Source of the DNA: Flavobacteriales bacterium
GTDB lineage: Bacteria > Bacteroidota > Bacteroidia > Flavobacteriales_C > CBFIFL01
NCBI GenBank assembly: GCA_965661855.1
Contig: CBFIFL010000005.1
Span: 2,372-66,371 of the forward strand
Direction: 5' to 3'
DNA length: 64,000 bases
Shown here: piece after piece, positions 37,615-49,637 of the stretch
Position numbering within the stretch: the first letter of the stretch is position 1
Layout of the letters: each line of letters starts with the position of its first letter
The notes under the pieces: model-generated
Told to the model about the DNA's origin: nothing
Database searches by the model: none
What the model saw: the letters and a program-made list of their open reading frames with translations, nothing else
Position numbers and translations under genes: made by a program

Positions 37615-38310
37615 ATGGCGAAATTATCAAAAAATCGAAAGGCGAATTTAGAAGCATACGATGCGGATAAGGACTATTCCTTAAAAGACGCTGCCGGGAT
37701 AATCAAAAAGATTGCTGGTACAACTAAATTCGATTCATCAGTTGATTTAGCGGTTCGTTTAGGAGTTGATCCTAGAAAAGCTAATGAAATGGTGAGAGGG
37801 ATCGTGACTTTACCTCACGGAACTGGTAAGGATGTGAAAGTGTTAGTGTTATGTACTCCTGATAAGGAGGCTGAAGCTAAAGAAGCTGGAGCGGACTACG
37901 CTGGTTTAGATGAGTATATCCAAAAGATCAAAGAAGGTTGGACGGATATTGATGTAATTATCACAATGCCTTCAGTTATGGGGAAAGTTGGAGCGTTAGG
38001 TAGAATTTTAGGTCCTAGAGGACTTATGCCTAACCCAAAAGCTGGAACAGTAACTATGGAAATTGGTAAAGCAGTAAAAGACGTTAAAGCTGGTAAGATT
38101 GATTTCAAAGTTGATAAGTTCGGAATTATTCACGCTGGTGTTGGAAAAGCATCTTTCGAGGAAGATAAGCTTTACGATAACATCAATGAGATGATCCAAA
38201 CAATTATCAAGTTGAAGCCTGCTGCAGCAAAAGGTACTTATATTAAGTCTATCAGTATTTCTGGGACTATGAGTAGCGGAGTGAATGTAGATATTAAACC
38301 TTATTCTTAA
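37615..38310 (+). CDS. rplA: 50S ribosomal protein L1
   Basis: 231 aa with ...[13 protein letters not shown]...[12 protein letters not shown]...[16 protein letters not shown]. Confidence 0.98.
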   Translation: MAKLSKNRKANLEAYDADKDYSLKDAAGIIKKIAGTTKFDSSVDLAVRLGVDPRKANEMVRGIVTLPHGTGKDVKVLVLCTPDKEAEAKEAGADYAGLDEYIQKIKEGWTDIDVIITMPSVMGKVGALGRILGPRGLMPNPKAGTVTMEIGKAVKDVKAGKIDFKVDKFGIIHAGVGKASFEEDKLYDNINEMIQTIIKLKPAAAKGTYIKSISISGTMSSGVNVDIKPYS

Positions 38311-38333
38311 TCGTCTAAATTAAATCAGTTGTT

Positions 38334-38855
38334 ATGACTAGAGAAGAAAAAAATCAGCAAATTGATATCCTTGTAGAACAAATTAAGGAGAATCCAAATT
38401 TTTATATCGCTGATATCTCTGGATTAAACGCAGACGACACAAGTAAGCTAAGAAGATTAGCCTTTAAAAGAGAAATCGGTATTTCTGTAATAAAGAATAC
38501 CCTTCTTAAAAAGGCTATGGATAAAGTAGAAGAAGTTGATTACACGGAATTATACGATGTATTAAGCGGAAACTCATCTTTATTTTTTAGCGCTGTTGGA
38601 AATGCGCCAGCTAAATTAATGAAGGAATTCAGAAAAAAATCTGATAAGCCGGTATTAAAAGCAGCGTTTGTTGAAGAGTGTGCATATATTGGCGATGACC
38701 AATTAGACACGTTAAGTAGTATCAAGTCTAAGGACGAGCTTATTGCTGACGTTGTTGCATTACTTCAATCTCCAGCTAAAAATGTTGTTAGCGCTCTTAG
38801 TTCGGGAGGTAACAATTTAACAGGTATATTAAAGGCTCTTGAAGAAAGAGGGTAA
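38334..38855 (+). CDS. rplJ: 50S ribosomal protein L10
   Basis: 173 aa lying between rplA and rplL, with the L10-type pattern FYIADISGLNADDTSKLRRL. Confidence 0.93.
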   Translation: MTREEKNQQIDILVEQIKENPNFYIADISGLNADDTSKLRRLAFKREIGISVIKNTLLKKAMDKVEEVDYTELYDVLSGNSSLFFSAVGNAPAKLMKEFRKKSDKPVLKAAFVEECAYIGDDQLDTLSSIKSKDELIADVVALLQSPAKNVVSALSSGGNNLTGILKALEERG

Positions 38856-38897
38856 TCAGACTTAAACAGAGTAAATAATTATTTAAAATTTAATACA

Positions 38898-39278
38898 ATG
38901 GCAGATTTAAAAGAATTTGCGGAACAACTAGTTAATTTAACAGTTAAGGAAGTAAACGAATTATCAAACATCTTAAAAGATGAGTACGGAATCGAGCCTG
39001 CTGCTGCTGCTGTAGCTGTAGCTGCTGGAGGAGGTGCTGCTGGTGGTGGTGAAGCTGCTGAAGAGAAGACAGAATTTGATGTTATTCTTAAGGCTGCTGG
39101 TGCTTCTAAGTTAAAAGTTGTTAAGCTTGTTAAGGAGTTAACTGGTGCAGGATTGAAAGAAGCTAAGGAATTAGTTGATAGCGCTCCAAGTCCAGTTAAA
39201 GAAGGAATTGCAAAGGACGAAGCTGAAGGTATCAAGTCTTCTTTAGAAGAAGCTGGTGCAGAAGTAGAGATCAAGTAA
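38898..39278 (+). CDS. rplL: 50S ribosomal protein L7/L12
   Basis: Ala/Gly hinge followed by [24 protein letters not shown]...[11 protein letters not shown]. Confidence 0.98.
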   Translation: MADLKEFAEQLVNLTVKEVNELSNILKDEYGIEPAAAAVAVAAGGGAAGGGEAAEEKTEFDVILKAAGASKLKVVKLVKELTGAGLKEAKELVDSAPSPVKEGIAKDEAEGIKSSLEEAGAEVEIK

Positions 39279-39298
39279 TTTTCCTCTATAAAACTATT

Positions 39299-39337
39299 GG
39301 TTTAGACCAGTCCATATGGATTGGTCTAGACCTTTTT
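39299..39337 (+). terminator. rplL-rpoB intergenic attenuator/terminator hairpin
   Basis: 15-bp stem GGTTTAGACCAGTCC/GGATTGGTCTAGACC (two G-U pairs), loop ATAT, then T5. Confidence 0.8.
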
Positions 39338-39392
39338 GCGTATATACGCAATTGATATTTTATCAAGTCGTAACAATTAAAATTTTGATCCT

Positions 39393-42300
39393 TTGGCAAC
39401 ACAAACGATAAAGAAACAGAGACTGAGTTTTGCTTCTAGCAAAAATCAACTGGGTTACCCGGATTTCCTTGACGTACAATTAAAGTCGTTTAGAGATTTC
39501 TTCCAGTTTAAAACGACTCCAGAGAACAGAGAGCATGAAGGTTTGTTTAAGGTATTTAACGAGAACTTTCCTATTACGGATTCAAGAAATCAATTTGTAT
39601 TAGAATTCTTAGATTACTTTATTGATCCTCCTAGATATTCTATAGAAGAATGTATCGAAAGAGGATTAACTTATAGTGTTCCTTTAAAAGCGAAGTTGAA
39701 ATTGTATTGTACGGATCCTGAACATGAGGATTTCGAAACAATCGTTCAAGACGTTTATTTAGGTACTATTCCTTACATGACTCCGAAGGGAACATTCGTA
39801 GTGAATGGTGCAGAGAGAGTTGTTGTTTCACAATTACACCGTTCTCCAGGGGTATTCTTTGGTCATAGCCGTCACGCTAATGGTACTAAATTATATTCTG
39901 CGAGAATTATTCCATTCAAGGGTTCTTGGATTGAATTTGCAACGGATATTAACAGTGTAATGTATGCTTACATCGATCGTAAGAAAAAATTACCTGTAAC
40001 GACACTTTTCAGAGCTATTGGTTTTGAATCGGATAAAGATATTTTAGAGATATTCAACTTAGCTGACGAGGTAAAGGTAACTAAGACTGGTCTTAAGAAA
40101 ATTAAGGGTAGAAAATTAGCTGCTAGAATCTTAAAGACTTGGGTTGAGGATTTCGTGGATGAGGATACAGGAGAGGTTGTTTCTATTGAAAGAAATGAAG
40201 TATTAATTGATCGTGAAACTATCATCGAAGAGGAGCACTTAGAGCAAATCTTAGATTCTGGATCTAAAACGATTTTACTTCATAAGCAAGATTCAACATC
40301 TGCAGATTATTCAATAATCTATAACACTTTACAAAAAGATACAACTAACTCTGAAACGGAGGCGGTTGATTATATCTATAGAGTGTTAAGAAACTCTGAT
40401 GCTCCAGATGAGGAGACAGCTAGAGGTGTTATTGATAAATTATTCTTCTCGGATCAACGTTATGATTTAGGAGAAGTTGGAAGATATAGAATCAATAAGA
40501 AGTTAAAGCTTGACATCGAAGAGGATGTAAGAGTATTAACTAGAGAAGATATTATTGAAATCATTAAGTACTTAATCAGATTGATTAATGCGAAAACTGA
40601 TATTGATGATATTGATCACTTATCAAACAGACGTGTAAGAACTGTTGGAGAGCAAATGTATTCTCAGTTTGGTGTTGGTTTAGCTAGAATGGCTAGAACA
40701 ATCAGAGAGAGAATGAACGTTAGAGATAACGAAGTATTTACTCCTACTGACCTTATTAACGCTAAAACTTTATCGAGTGTAATTAATTCATTCTTCGGAA
40801 CGAATCAGCTATCTCAGTTCATGGATCAAACGAATCCACTTTCTGAGGTAACGCATAAGAGAAGATTATCGGCACTTGGACCTGGAGGTCTTTCTAGAGA
40901 AAGAGCAGGGTTTGAGGTTCGTGATGTTCACTACACGCACTACGGAAGACTTTGTACAATTGAAACACCGGAAGGACCAAACATTGGTTTGATCTCTTCT
41001 CTTTGTGTTTATGCGAAGATCAATAGACTTGGATTTATTGAAACTCCATATAGAAAGGTAATTGACGGAAAGGTAGATTTAGAGTCTCCTGTTCAATATC
41101 ATTCTGCTGAAGAAGAAAACGGTAAGCTTATTGCACAGGCAAACGCTCCATTAAAAGCTGATGGATCTTTTGTGAATGAGCAAGTAAAAGCAAGATTGGA
41201 GGCTGATTATCCTTTAGTAGAGCCGAAAGAGCTTGAGTTAATGGATGTTGCTCCTAACCAGATTACTTCTATTGCAGCATCGTTAATTCCATTCTTGGAG
41301 CATGATGATGCCAACCGTGCATTGATGGGATCAAACATGCAGCGTCAGGCAGTTCCATTATTACGTCCAGAAGCTCCTATCGTAGGAACTGGATTGGAAA
41401 AAGATGTAGCTAGAGATTCAAGAGTTTTAATTAACGCTGAAGGAGAAGGTACTGTTGAATACGTTGATGCAAACGAGATTCACATTAGATACGATAGAAC
41501 TGAGCAAGAAAACTTAGTTTCTTTCGATGATGAAGTATCATCTTATAACTTAACAAAATTCCAAAAGACTAACCAAAGTACTTCTATTAACCTTAAGCCA
41601 ATTGTGGTTAAGGGAGAAAGAGTATCTAGAGGTCAAGTTCTTTGTGAAGGATATGCAACTCAACAGGGTGAATTAGCATTAGGAAGAAACTTGAAAGTGG
41701 CGTTCATGCCATGGAAAGGTTACAACTTTGAGGATGCGATTGTAATTTCTGAAAGAGTAGTAAGAGAAGATATCTATACTTCTGTTCATATCGAAGAGTT
41801 TATCATGCAAGTGAGAGACACTAAGAGAGGACTTGAGGAATTAACAGCTGATATTCCTAACGTTTCAGAAGAGGCTACTAAAGACTTAGATGAAAACGGA
41901 ATCATTAGAGTTGGTGCTCACATTAAAGAAGGAGATATCTTAATTGGTAAGATTACTCCAAAAGGAGAAACGGATCCAACTCCAGAAGAAAAGCTTTTAA
42001 GAGCAATCTTCGGAGACAAAGCTGGTGATGTTAAAGATGCTTCTTTAAAAGTTGGACCATCTGTAAAAGGTGTGGTAATCAACAAGAAGTTATTTGCTAA
42101 AGTAATCAAGGATAGAAAGAAAAGAGCTGAAGAGAAAGCAGTTATAGCTAAGATCGATACTGATCATGCTGATGAAGCATCTAAGCTTAAAGGAGTTCTT
42201 CTAGAAAAGCTTTGGAAAATTGTAGAAGGAAAGAAATCTAAAGGTGTATTTAACAACTTTAGAGAAGAAATCATTCCAAAGGGAACGAAGTTTACGAAGA

Positions 42301-43205
42301 GAATGCTTTCTGATATTGACTTCTCAACAATTAACCCAACTAACTGGTTGAATGATGGTGAAACAAGTAAGTTAATCTCTCAATTGGTTCATAATTACAA
42401 TATTAAGTCGAATGACTTATTAGGTATTTATAAGAGAAAGAAATTTGCAATTACTGTAGGAGATGAATTACCAGCAGGTATCATTAAGCTAGCTAAAGTT
42501 TACGTAGCTAAAAAACGTAAGCTAAAGGTTGGAGATAAGATGGCAGGTCGTCACGGTAACAAAGGTATTGTTGCTAAGATCGTAAGAGATGAGGATATGC
42601 CTTTCTTAGAAGATGGAACACCAATGGATATCGTATTGAATCCACTAGGGGTACCATCTAGGATGAACTTAGGTCAGATTTATGAGACAGTACTTGGATG
42701 GGCTGGAGAGAAGTTAGGAATGAACTTCGCTACTCCAATCTTCGATGGTGCTTCTTTAGATGAGATCGATTCTTATACTGATAAAGCTAATGTTCCTAGA
42801 AACGGACAAGCTCAGCTTTATGATGGAGGTACAGGAGAAAAATTTGATCAGCCAGCTACAGTAGGTATCATCTACATGTTGAAATTAGGTCACATGGTTG
42901 ACGATAAGATGCATGCTAGATCTATTGGACCATACTCATTAATTACGCAGCAACCACTTGGAGGTAAGGCTCAGTTTGGAGGTCAGCGTTTTGGAGAGAT
43001 GGAAGTATGGGCATTAGAGGCATTCGGTGCTGCTAATATCCTACAAGAAGTACTGACTGTTAAGTCTGATGATGTTATTGGAAGAGCGAAATCTTACGAG
43101 GCAATTGTTAAAGGGGAACCTTTACCAACACCAGGAATTCCTGAATCATTCAATGTATTATTACATGAATTAAGAGGTTTAGGATTAAGTATTTCACTTG
43201 ACTAA
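39393..43205 (+). CDS. rpoB: DNA-directed RNA polymerase subunit beta
   Basis: 1270 aa with conserved blocks throughout (e.g. [32 protein letters not shown]). TTG start at 39393, with no in-frame ATG upstream. Confidence 0.99.
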   Translation: MATQTIKKQRLSFASSKNQLGYPDFLDVQLKSFRDFFQFKTTPENREHEGLFKVFNENFPITDSRNQFVLEFLDYFIDPPRYSIEECIERGLTYSVPLKAKLKLYCTDPEHEDFETIVQDVYLGTIPYMTPKGTFVVNGAERVVVSQLHRSPGVFFGHSRHANGTKLYSARIIPFKGSWIEFATDINSVMYAYIDRKKKLPVTTLFRAIGFESDKDILEIFNLADEVKVTKTGLKKIKGRKLAARILKTWVEDFVDEDTGEVVSIERNEVLIDRETIIEEEHLEQILDSGSKTILLHKQDSTSADYSIIYNTLQKDTTNSETEAVDYIYRVLRNSDAPDEETARGVIDKLFFSDQRYDLGEVGRYRINKKLKLDIEEDVRVLTREDIIEIIKYLIRLINAKTDIDDIDHLSNRRVRTVGEQMYSQFGVGLARMARTIRERMNVRDNEVFTPTDLINAKTLSSVINSFFGTNQLSQFMDQTNPLSEVTHKRRLSALGPGGLSRERAGFEVRDVHYTHYGRLCTIETPEGPNIGLISSLCVYAKINRLGFIETPYRKVIDGKVDLESPVQYHSAEEENGKLIAQANAPLKADGSFVNEQVKARLEADYPLVEPKELELMDVAPNQITSIAASLIPFLEHDDANRALMGSNMQRQAVPLLRPEAPIVGTGLEKDVARDSRVLINAEGEGTVEYVDANEIHIRYDRTEQENLVSFDDEVSSYNLTKFQKTNQSTSINLKPIVVKGERVSRGQVLCEGYATQQGELALGRNLKVAFMPWKGYNFEDAIVISERVVREDIYTSVHIEEFIMQVRDTKRGLEELTADIPNVSEEATKDLDENGIIRVGAHIKEGDILIGKITPKGETDPTPEEKLLRAIFGDKAGDVKDASLKVGPSVKGVVINKKLFAKVIKDRKKRAEEKAVIAKIDTDHADEASKLKGVLLEKLWKIVEGKKSKGVFNNFREEIIPKGTKFTKRMLSDIDFSTINPTNWLNDGETSKLISQLVHNYNIKSNDLLGIYKRKKFAITVGDELPAGIIKLAKVYVAKKRKLKVGDKMAGRHGNKGIVAKIVRDEDMPFLEDGTPMDIVLNPLGVPSRMNLGQIYETVLGWAGEKLGMNFATPIFDGASLDEIDSYTDKANVPRNGQAQLYDGGTGEKFDQPATVGIIYMLKLGHMVDDKMHARSIGPYSLITQQPLGGKAQFGGQRFGEMEVWALEAFGAANILQEVLTVKSDDVIGRAKSYEAIVKGEPLPTPGIPESFNVLLHELRGLGLSISLD

Positions 43206-43230
43206 TTATTGACGATTAAAGAAAATTAAT

Positions 43231-46200
43231 ATGGCTTTCAAAAAGAATAAAAAGAGTTCGAGTAGTTTCTCAAAAATCACTATTAGCTTGGCATCTCCAG
43301 AAGAAATTCTGGAGAGATCAAGTGGAGAGGTTTTAAAGCCAGAAACTATCAACTATAGAACTTACAAACCAGAGAGAGATGGTTTGTTCTGTGAAAGAAT
43401 TTTTGGTCCTGTAAAGGATTACGAATGTCACTGTGGTAAATACAAAAGAATCCGTTATAAAGGAATAGTTTGTGATAGATGTGGTGTTGAAGTAACAGAG
43501 AAGAAGGTAAGAAGAGAGAGAATGGGACACATTTCATTGGTTGTTCCTGTTGCTCATATTTGGTATTTCAAATCTTTACCAAACAAAATCGGTTACTTAT
43601 TAGGTCTTCCTACTAAGAAATTGGATGCAATTATCTATTATGAAAGATATGTTGTTATTCAATCTGGAGAAGCTAAAAGTGCTGAAGGTGAAGAGTTAAA
43701 CTACCTTGATTTCTTAACAGAAGAAGAGTACTTAGATATCTTGGATACTCTTCCTAGAGAGAATCAATTTTTAGATGATAATGATCCAAACAAATTCATC
43801 GCTAAGATGGGTGCGGATGCATTATATGATTTGTTAGGACGTTTAGATCTTGATAGTATGTCTTATGAATTAAGACACAAGGCTAATACAGAGACATCTC
43901 AGCAAAGAAAGAATGAAGCGTTAAAGAGACTTCAAGTAATTGAAGCTTTTAGATCAGCTAACACAAGGATTGAGAACCGTCCAGAATGGATGATTGTTAA
44001 AGTGATTCCTGTAACTCCTCCAGAGTTAAGACCACTTGTTCCTTTAGATGGAGGTAGATTTGCTACATCGGATTTAAATGACTTATATAGAAGAGTTATT
44101 ATCAGAAACAACCGTTTAAAAAGGTTGATCGAGATTAAGGCTCCTGAAGTTATCTTGAGAAATGAGAAGCGTATGCTTCAAGAATCAGTTGATTCATTAT
44201 TTGATAACTCAAGAAAAGCTAACGCGGTTAAGACAGAAGGAAATAGAGCTTTAAAATCTCTTTCTGACAACTTAAAAGGTAAGCAGGGTAGATTCCGGCA
44301 AAACTTATTGGGAAAAAGGGTTGATTATTCAGCTCGTTCGGTAATTATCGTTGGACCACAATTGAAATTACACGAGTGTGGTATTCCTAAAGGTATGGCA
44401 GCTGAACTTTACAAGCCATTCATCATTAGAAAAATGATTGAAAGAGGTATTGTAAAGACAGTAAAATCTGCTAAGAAAATTGTTGATAGAAAAGAGCCAG
44501 TAGTTTGGGATATTTTAGAGAACGTATTAAAGTCTCACCCAGTACTATTGAACAGAGCACCGACTCTTCACAGATTAGGTATTCAGGCTTTCCAGCCAAA
44601 ATTAATTGAAGGTAAAGCAATCCAATTACACCCATTAGTGTGTTCTGGTTTCAACGCCGATTTTGATGGGGATCAGATGGCTGTTCACCTACCATTAGGT
44701 AATGCAGCAATCTTGGAAGCTCAAATGCTGATGTTAGCATCGCATAACATTCTTCACCCAGCATCTGGTATGCCTATTACAGTACCTTCTCAGGATATGG
44801 TACTTGGTTTATACTACATTACTAAAGGGAAGAAATCAACTAAGAAAGAGCCTGTAAAAGGAGAAGGATCTACATTCTATGGTGCGGAAGAAGTTACTAT
44901 CGCATTGAATGAAGGAGCTCTTGATTTACATGCTTGGATTAAGGTTAAAGCTGAAGTAAGAAACGAGAAAGGGGAAATTGAAACGAAATTAATTGAAACT
45001 ACTACTGGTAGAGTTATCTTCAATGAATTAGTTCCTCAAGAAGTTGGTTACATCAATGAGATCTTAAACAAGAAATCATTAAGAAATATTATTAGTGACA
45101 TTTTAAAGATTATTGGAGTTGCTAGAACTGCAAAGTTCTTAGACGATATTAAATCTTTAGGATTTATCATGGCCTTTAAAGGTGGATTGTCTTTCAACTT
45201 GAATGACGTTATTATTCCAGCTGAGAAGGAAGCATTGATTGCTGAAGCGACTGAAAAAGTTAATGAAGTAATCAATAACTATAACATGGGATTCATCACT
45301 AACAAGGAAAGATATAACCAAGTTATTGATATCTGGGGTAGAACAAACAATAAGTTAACTGACACTGTAATGAAGCAGTTGGCTGAGGATAGACAAGGGT
45401 TTAACTCAGTTTACATGATGCTTGATTCAGGAGCTAGGGGTTCTAAGGAACAAATTAGACAGTTAAGTGGAATGAGAGGATTGATGGCGAAGCCACAAAA
45501 ATCAGGTTCAACTGTTCAGGAAATTATTGAAAACCCAATTATTGCAAACTTTAAAGAAGGTCTATCAATTCTTGAGTACTTTATTTCTACTCACGGTGCT
45601 CGTAAAGGTCTTGCCGATACAGCACTTAAAACAGCCGATGCTGGTTACTTAACAAGAAGACTTGTTGATGTTGCTCAGGATGTTGTTGTTACAGAGCCAG
45701 ATTGTGGTACATTAAGAGGTCTTAACATGACTGCTCTTAAGAAGAATGAAGAGATCGTTGAATCTTTATACGATAGAATCGTTGGTAGAAACACTGTTGT
45801 TGACGTAGTACATCCAAAAACTGGTGAGGTTATCATCGGAGCTGGAGAAGAGATTACTGATATGATTGCTGAAGAGATTGAAAACTCTCCTATTGAGGAA
45901 GTTGAAATCAGATCGGTATTAACGTGTGAAGCTAAGAGAGGTACTTGTGCTAAGTGTTACGGAAGAAACCTTGCTACGAACAGAATTGTTCAGAGAGGTG
46001 AATCTGTAGGAGTTGTTGCTGCACAGTCAATTGGGGAACCAGGTACACAGTTAACACTACGTACATTCCACGTTGGGGGTACTGCATCGAACGTTGGAGC
46101 TGATAACTCGATTATCGCTAAGCATGATGGTATTGTTGAAATCGATGAATTAAGAACTGTAAAAGCTAAAGACGACGAGGGTAATATCTCTGAAATCGTA

Positions 46201-47514
46201 ATTGGTCGTTCTGCTGAAATGAGAATTTTAGATAAGAAGACTAGTATTGTATTAGCAACAGCTCATATTCCTTACGGAGCAACATTATTTGTTAAGCCAG
46301 GAAAAGCAATTAAGAAAGGTGCTGATATTTGTAAGTGGGATCCATATAATGCCGTGATCATTTCAGAATTCGAAGGTAAAATTGAATTTGAAAGTATTGA
46401 GGAAGGTATTACTTACAAAATTGAAGTCGATGAGCAAACTGGTTTTGAAGAGAAAGTAGTTACAGAAAGAAGAGATAAGAAGACAAACCCAATTATTAGA
46501 GTATTAGATAAGAAAGGTGAAGTAATTAGATCTTATTCAATTCCTGTAGGAGCTCACATTAATGTAAATGACGGTGATAAGATTGAAGCTGGTAAGGCTT
46601 TAGTTAAAATACCTAGAACAGCTGGTAAAACAGGGGATATTACTGGAGGTCTACCAAGAGTAACGGAGTTATTCGAGGCAAGAAACCCTTCAAATCCTGC
46701 TGTTGTATCTGAAGTTGATGGAATCGTTTCTTTTGGAAAAATCAAGAGAGGTAACAGAGAAGTTACTGTTGAAACTAGATTAGGACAAAAGAAGAAGTAC
46801 TTAATTCCATTATCTAAGCATATTCTAGTTCAAGAGAATGATTTCGTAAGAGCTGGTATGCCATTATCTGATGGAGCTATTACTCCTAAGGATATTCTTA
46901 AGATCATGGGACCAACTGCTGTTCAAGAATATATTGTAAATGAAATCCAAGAGGTTTACCGTTTACAAGGGGTGAAGATTAATGATAAGCATTTTGAGGT
47001 AATCGTTCGTCAGATGATGAGAAAAGTGGTTATTGAAGATGCTGGAGATACAAGATTCCTTGAAAAGGATATCACGAACAAAACTGACTTCATGGAAGTG
47101 AATGATGAGTTGTTTGGTAAGATGGTGGTTGTTGAAGCTGGGGAATCTGAAAGCTTAAAGAGAGGACAAATCATTACTCAAAGAAAACTGAGAGATGAGA
47201 ATTCTGTTTTAAAGAGAAAGGATAAAGCTCAAGTTGAAGCAAGAGAAGCAATTACTGCTACGTCTACTCCAATCTTACAAGGTATTACAAGAGCATCGTT
47301 ACAAACGAAGAGTTTCATCTCTGCCGCTTCTTTCCAAGAAACGACTAAAGTATTAAATGAAGCTGCTGTAGGTGGTAAAGTTGATTACTTAGAAGGATTG
47401 AAAGAAAACGTTATTGTTGGACATAAGATTCCAGCAGGAACGGGTATGAGAGAATACGACAAGATTGTTGTAGGATCTCAAGGAGATTATGATGCAATGA
47501 CGTCAAACGACTAG
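43231..47514 (+). CDS. rpoC: DNA-directed RNA polymerase subunit beta'
   Basis: 1427 aa with the Zn motif CHCGKYK...CDRCGVEV and the catalytic [12 protein letters not shown]. Confidence 0.99.
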   Translation: MAFKKNKKSSSSFSKITISLASPEEILERSSGEVLKPETINYRTYKPERDGLFCERIFGPVKDYECHCGKYKRIRYKGIVCDRCGVEVTEKKVRRERMGHISLVVPVAHIWYFKSLPNKIGYLLGLPTKKLDAIIYYERYVVIQSGEAKSAEGEELNYLDFLTEEEYLDILDTLPRENQFLDDNDPNKFIAKMGADALYDLLGRLDLDSMSYELRHKANTETSQQRKNEALKRLQVIEAFRSANTRIENRPEWMIVKVIPVTPPELRPLVPLDGGRFATSDLNDLYRRVIIRNNRLKRLIEIKAPEVILRNEKRMLQESVDSLFDNSRKANAVKTEGNRALKSLSDNLKGKQGRFRQNLLGKRVDYSARSVIIVGPQLKLHECGIPKGMAAELYKPFIIRKMIERGIVKTVKSAKKIVDRKEPVVWDILENVLKSHPVLLNRAPTLHRLGIQAFQPKLIEGKAIQLHPLVCSGFNADFDGDQMAVHLPLGNAAILEAQMLMLASHNILHPASGMPITVPSQDMVLGLYYITKGKKSTKKEPVKGEGSTFYGAEEVTIALNEGALDLHAWIKVKAEVRNEKGEIETKLIETTTGRVIFNELVPQEVGYINEILNKKSLRNIISDILKIIGVARTAKFLDDIKSLGFIMAFKGGLSFNLNDVIIPAEKEALIAEATEKVNEVINNYNMGFITNKERYNQVIDIWGRTNNKLTDTVMKQLAEDRQGFNSVYMMLDSGARGSKEQIRQLSGMRGLMAKPQKSGSTVQEIIENPIIANFKEGLSILEYFISTHGARKGLADTALKTADAGYLTRRLVDVAQDVVVTEPDCGTLRGLNMTALKKNEEIVESLYDRIVGRNTVVDVVHPKTGEVIIGAGEEITDMIAEEIENSPIEEVEIRSVLTCEAKRGTCAKCYGRNLATNRIVQRGESVGVVAAQSIGEPGTQLTLRTFHVGGTASNVGADNSIIAKHDGIVEIDELRTVKAKDDEGNISEIVIGRSAEMRILDKKTSIVLATAHIPYGATLFVKPGKAIKKGADICKWDPYNAVIISEFEGKIEFESIEEGITYKIEVDEQTGFEEKVVTERRDKKTNPIIRVLDKKGEVIRSYSIPVGAHINVNDGDKIEAGKALVKIPRTAGKTGDITGGLPRVTELFEARNPSNPAVVSEVDGIVSFGKIKRGNREVTVETRLGQKKKYLIPLSKHILVQENDFVRAGMPLSDGAITPKDILKIMGPTAVQEYIVNEIQEVYRLQGVKINDKHFEVIVRQMMRKVVIEDAGDTRFLEKDITNKTDFMEVNDELFGKMVVVEAGESESLKRGQIITQRKLRDENSVLKRKDKAQVEAREAITATSTPILQGITRASLQTKSFISAASFQETTKVLNEAAVGGKVDYLEGLKENVIVGHKIPAGTGMREYDKIVVGSQGDYDAMTSND

Positions 47515-47526
47515 TGATTAGGAATT

Positions 47527-47847
47527 ATGAGTGATGAAAATCTAAATAATCAGAATCAACTGAATATAGAATTAAGTGAAGAAATCGCCGAGGGAGAATA
47601 CTCGAACTTGGCGATCATCACACATTCGAGTTCAGAGTTTGTGTTAGACTTTGTTAGAATTATGCCAGGTGTTCCTAAAGCTAAAGTTAAGTCTAGAGTT
47701 TTAATGAACCCGCAGCATGCTAAAAGACTAATGAAGGCACTTCAAGATAATATCTCAAAATTTGAGTCCGTTAACGGAAAGATTAAAGATTTAGACCAGC
47801 CAGGTGGAATTCCAATGGGATTTGGAGGTCCAACTGCAGAAGCTTAA
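47527..47847 (+). CDS. Small conserved protein, DUF3467-like, co-transcribed with rpoBC
   Basis: 106 aa, 12 nt after the rpoC stop and directly followed by a terminator. The pattern YSNLAIITHSSSEFVLDFVRIMPG matches my recollection of the DUF3467 family found downstream of rpoC in Bacteroidota. Confidence 0.6.
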   Translation: MSDENLNNQNQLNIELSEEIAEGEYSNLAIITHSSSEFVLDFVRIMPGVPKAKVKSRVLMNPQHAKRLMKALQDNISKFESVNGKIKDLDQPGGIPMGFGGPTAEA

Positions 47848-47868
47848 GATTTAATTAAGATATTTGAA

Positions 47869-47896
47869 AGCGATCATGAAAATGGTCGCTTTTTTT
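47869..47896 (+). terminator. Rho-independent terminator closing the rpoBC operon
   Basis: Stem AGCGATC/GGTCGCT (7 bp, one G-U), 8-nt loop, then T6. Confidence 0.75.
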
Positions 47897-47907
47897 ATTT
47901 ATACCAT

Positions 47908-48750
47908 ATGCATCCAAAGAATCCATTTAAAGATCGATACGATTTACAAAAGATAAAGGCGAAATATTCAGCATTGGCTGAGTTTATTCATATCAATAAA
48001 CACGGTATCGAAACGATAGATTTTTCGAATTCAAAGGCGGTTTTAGCTTTGAACACAGGTCTTTTTAAAACCTACTTTGATACGGATTGGAGTATTCCTA
48101 AAGGACAGCTTTGTCCTCCTGTTCCGAGCAGAATGGATTATTTACTTTACGTGAATGATCTAGTAGGTAAGGAACAAGTGAATTTGTTAGATGTCGGATG
48201 TGGGGCAAGCTTGGTATACCCGATTGTAGCTACGCAGTATTTGAAATGGTCGGTATCGGCTTCAGATATTGATGTAAGTTCTTTAGCGCACGCAGAATCG
48301 ATTGCAAGGGATAATGACTTTGATGTAGACTTAAGAAAGCAAGAGCATTCTAATCATGTGTTTAAGGGAATCATTAATCCAGATGATAAGTTTGATGTTT
48401 CCGTATGCAATCCTCCATTTCATAAGAGTCAGGAGGAAGCTTTAAAAGCCAATCAAAGAAAGAATAGAAACCTTAAGATTAGTCAAACAGAAAACTTCAA
48501 TTTCGGAGGGGTATTTAATGAGTTATGGTATCCAGGAGGAGAGGTAGCTTTCATTCTTAAGTTAATTGTAGAAAGCAAAGAATTTAGGTCTCAGGTAAAA
48601 TGGTTTACAACTCTGGTTTCAAGAAAAGATAACTTAAGACCTATTTTAAGGCAGTTGAAGAATTCAAAACCAAGAGACTTCAGGGTAGTCGAAATGACAA
48701 CAGGAAATAAAATAAGTAGGTTTTTAGCCTGGACTTACCAAAGAGTTTAA
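47908..48750 (+). CDS. rlmF: 23S rRNA (adenine1618-N6)-methyltransferase RlmF
   Basis: WSIPKGQLCPPVPSRMDYLLYVNDL, SAM-binding LDVGCGASLVYP, and catalytic CNPPFH. Confidence 0.85.
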   Translation: MHPKNPFKDRYDLQKIKAKYSALAEFIHINKHGIETIDFSNSKAVLALNTGLFKTYFDTDWSIPKGQLCPPVPSRMDYLLYVNDLVGKEQVNLLDVGCGASLVYPIVATQYLKWSVSASDIDVSSLAHAESIARDNDFDVDLRKQEHSNHVFKGIINPDDKFDVSVCNPPFHKSQEEALKANQRKNRNLKISQTENFNFGGVFNELWYPGGEVAFILKLIVESKEFRSQVKWFTTLVSRKDNLRPILRQLKNSKPRDFRVVEMTTGNKISRFLAWTYQRV

Positions 48751-49634
48751 TCAATAGTACAATTTACGGTGTCAATAGAGACACCAAATCCACCCCAAAT
48801 ACCTAATCCACCATTGATATTGGAAACAGTTGTAACAGGGGCTGAAAAAGGACTACCTCCACTTTGTTCATCAGCTTCTTTTGTAAGCCAAAATTGATAC
48901 GAATTATAATCCATTGTAGAATACTTCACTACTACTTGATCACCAACTTCCCAATAAAAAGATCTTGGATCGTTTGGAGCAAGAGTAGTATCAGGATCTA
49001 AAGGATCCTCACTTCTAAAATAGAAGAACGGGAAACTTTCACCGTTTACTAATCTATCATCTACTGTTGATCCTGCGGGAGATATAAAGCGAGTGTCCTC
49101 TCCAATTCTTTTACTGTAAAACTTATAATAGTTACCTAGCGTATCAGGGTCTGAAAGATTGGCATGAATTGTTCCAAGTTGCATAGTGTCTTCATCTATT
49201 TCTAATTCAAACCAAGTGCTATCTAGTTGAATGATTTCTGGAATCCAAGTAGAGGAGGTTAACACTTGTCCTTCCACTTCAATTCTTAAATCGTATCTAT
49301 TTCTTTCCTGACCAATTATAGTCGGATTTGTTGCCTCATATTTAAAGAAAGGATATTCAGCGACTAACTTTAATGTCAAAGTATCTGTATTCCCATTATA
49401 ATCACTGACTGTAACCAAATCAGCATTAGTAACAAGCTGTTCTGCCAAACTATTCTCATCTATTGTTTGGTAAAAAGGAATTGACCTAGTCAAAGAAACA
49501 TAAGGAGCTGACCCCGTTTCTATATAACCTTCTACAACTATTTGTGATTCCATCTCAGGAAGCTCAAGAATAATTTCTTGTGTACAAGAGGTTAATAGAA
49601 TTAAACCAATAAAATATGCTAAAGTATTTTTCAT
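48747..49634 (-). CDS. DUF4249-like lipoprotein partner of the adjacent TonB-dependent receptor
   Basis: Lipobox-like LILLTSC. It starts 3 nt after the upstream TBDR stop. Size and position match the DUF4249 family as I recall it. Confidence 0.5.
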   Translation of the reverse strand: MKNTLAYFIGLILLTSCTQEIILELPEMESQIVVEGYIETGSAPYVSLTRSIPFYQTIDENSLAEQLVTNADLVTVSDYNGNTDTLTLKLVAEYPFFKYEATNPTIIGQERNRYDLRIEVEGQVLTSSTWIPEIIQLDSTWFELEIDEDTMQLGTIHANLSDPDTLGNYYKFYSKRIGEDTRFISPAGSTVDDRLVNGESFPFFYFRSEDPLDPDTTLAPNDPRSFYWEVGDQVVVKYSTMDYNSYQFWLTKEADEQSGGSPFSAPVTTVSNINGGLGIWGGFGVSIDTVNCTID

Positions 49635-49637
49635 GTT

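Noticed and set aside
38995-39065. GCT/GGT trinucleotide-rich tract as a DNA tandem repeat
   Set aside because: It encodes the Ala/Gly flexible hinge of L7/L12 ([22 protein letters not shown]). The repeat is imperfect and in frame, and coding constraint explains it.
38879-39274. 131-aa Ala/Ser-rich ORF antisense to rplL
   Set aside because: It is a shadow ORF created by the GCN/GGN-rich codons of the L7/L12 hinge. It fully overlaps an unmistakable ribosomal protein gene and has no start context of its own.
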